Part shown: in pieces, positions 24,595-24,691 of the stretch
How positions within the stretch are numbered: the stretch's first letter is position 1
Layout of the letters: each line of letters opens with the position of its first letter
Position numbers and translations under genes: made by a program
NCBI GenBank assembly: GCA_036170655.1
Contig: JAVHPP010000182.1
Coordinates: 1 to 24,691, forward strand
DNA: 24,691 nt
Source of the DNA: Candidatus Zixiibacteriota bacterium
GTDB taxonomy: Bacteria; Zixibacteria; MSB-5A5; WJJR01
Reading direction: 5' to 3'
Notes under the pieces: model-generated
Told to the model about the DNA's origin: nothing
Database searches by the model: none
Seen by the model: only the letters and a program-made list of their open reading frames with translations

Positions 24595-24678
24595 GGGCGT
24601 GTTGAAAGACCACCGCTCGAAAACTCAACCTCAGAAATGTGATTGTTTCTGCCGGGAGGGCGAGGCTCCTGCCGAGCC
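24595..24678. repeat. MITE-type left end followed by a REP family B copy (element may continue beyond the window)
   Basis: GGGCGTGTTGAAAG at 24595 and GGGAGGGCGAGGCTCCTGCCGAGCC at 24654-24678. Confidence 0.7.
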
Positions 24679-24691
24679 TGTTTTCGTCGGA

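Noticed and set aside
1..24691. Prophage, transposase, defence system, tRNA or rRNA genes
   Set aside because: No ORF shows integrase, DDE/HUH transposase, phage structural, nuclease or reverse transcriptase motifs that I recognise, and no tRNA or rRNA signatures were seen.

Overview
GC-rich (about 60% by eye) bacterial chromosomal segment. The Cys-flanked C-terminal dockerin-like domains and the pilin type suggest candidate phylum Zixibacteria (inference, not verified). Left part: 3' end of a dockerin-tagged protein, then a DinB-family protein, a TRL-like lipoprotein, an MFS transporter, a TPR/Gly-rich membrane protein, a phosphodiester glycosidase and an Ig-repeat/dockerin surface protein. 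Centre, all minus strand: an FMN-riboswitch-controlled riboflavin operon (ribD-ribE-ribBA-ribH), then an acyl-CoA cluster (split B12-dependent mutase, inserted hypothetical gene, acyl-CoA dehydrogenase, MBL hydrolase, carboxyltransferase beta subunit). The mutase has Phe/Gln specificity residues typical of isobutyryl-CoA mutase rather than methylmalonyl-CoA mutase. Right part: a TolB-like beta-propeller, two tandem type IV pilins each with its own sigma-54-like promoter, a DUF6504-like gene, der (engA) and a secreted hypothetical protein. Intergenic DNA is crowded with small repeats: four REP-like palindrome families, 7-, 9-, 13- and 29-bp tandem repeats, and a 123-bp MITE-like element with 15-bp inverted ends and a 4-bp flanking duplication that encloses a REP pair. 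No transposase, CRISPR array, tRNA or rRNA was found.
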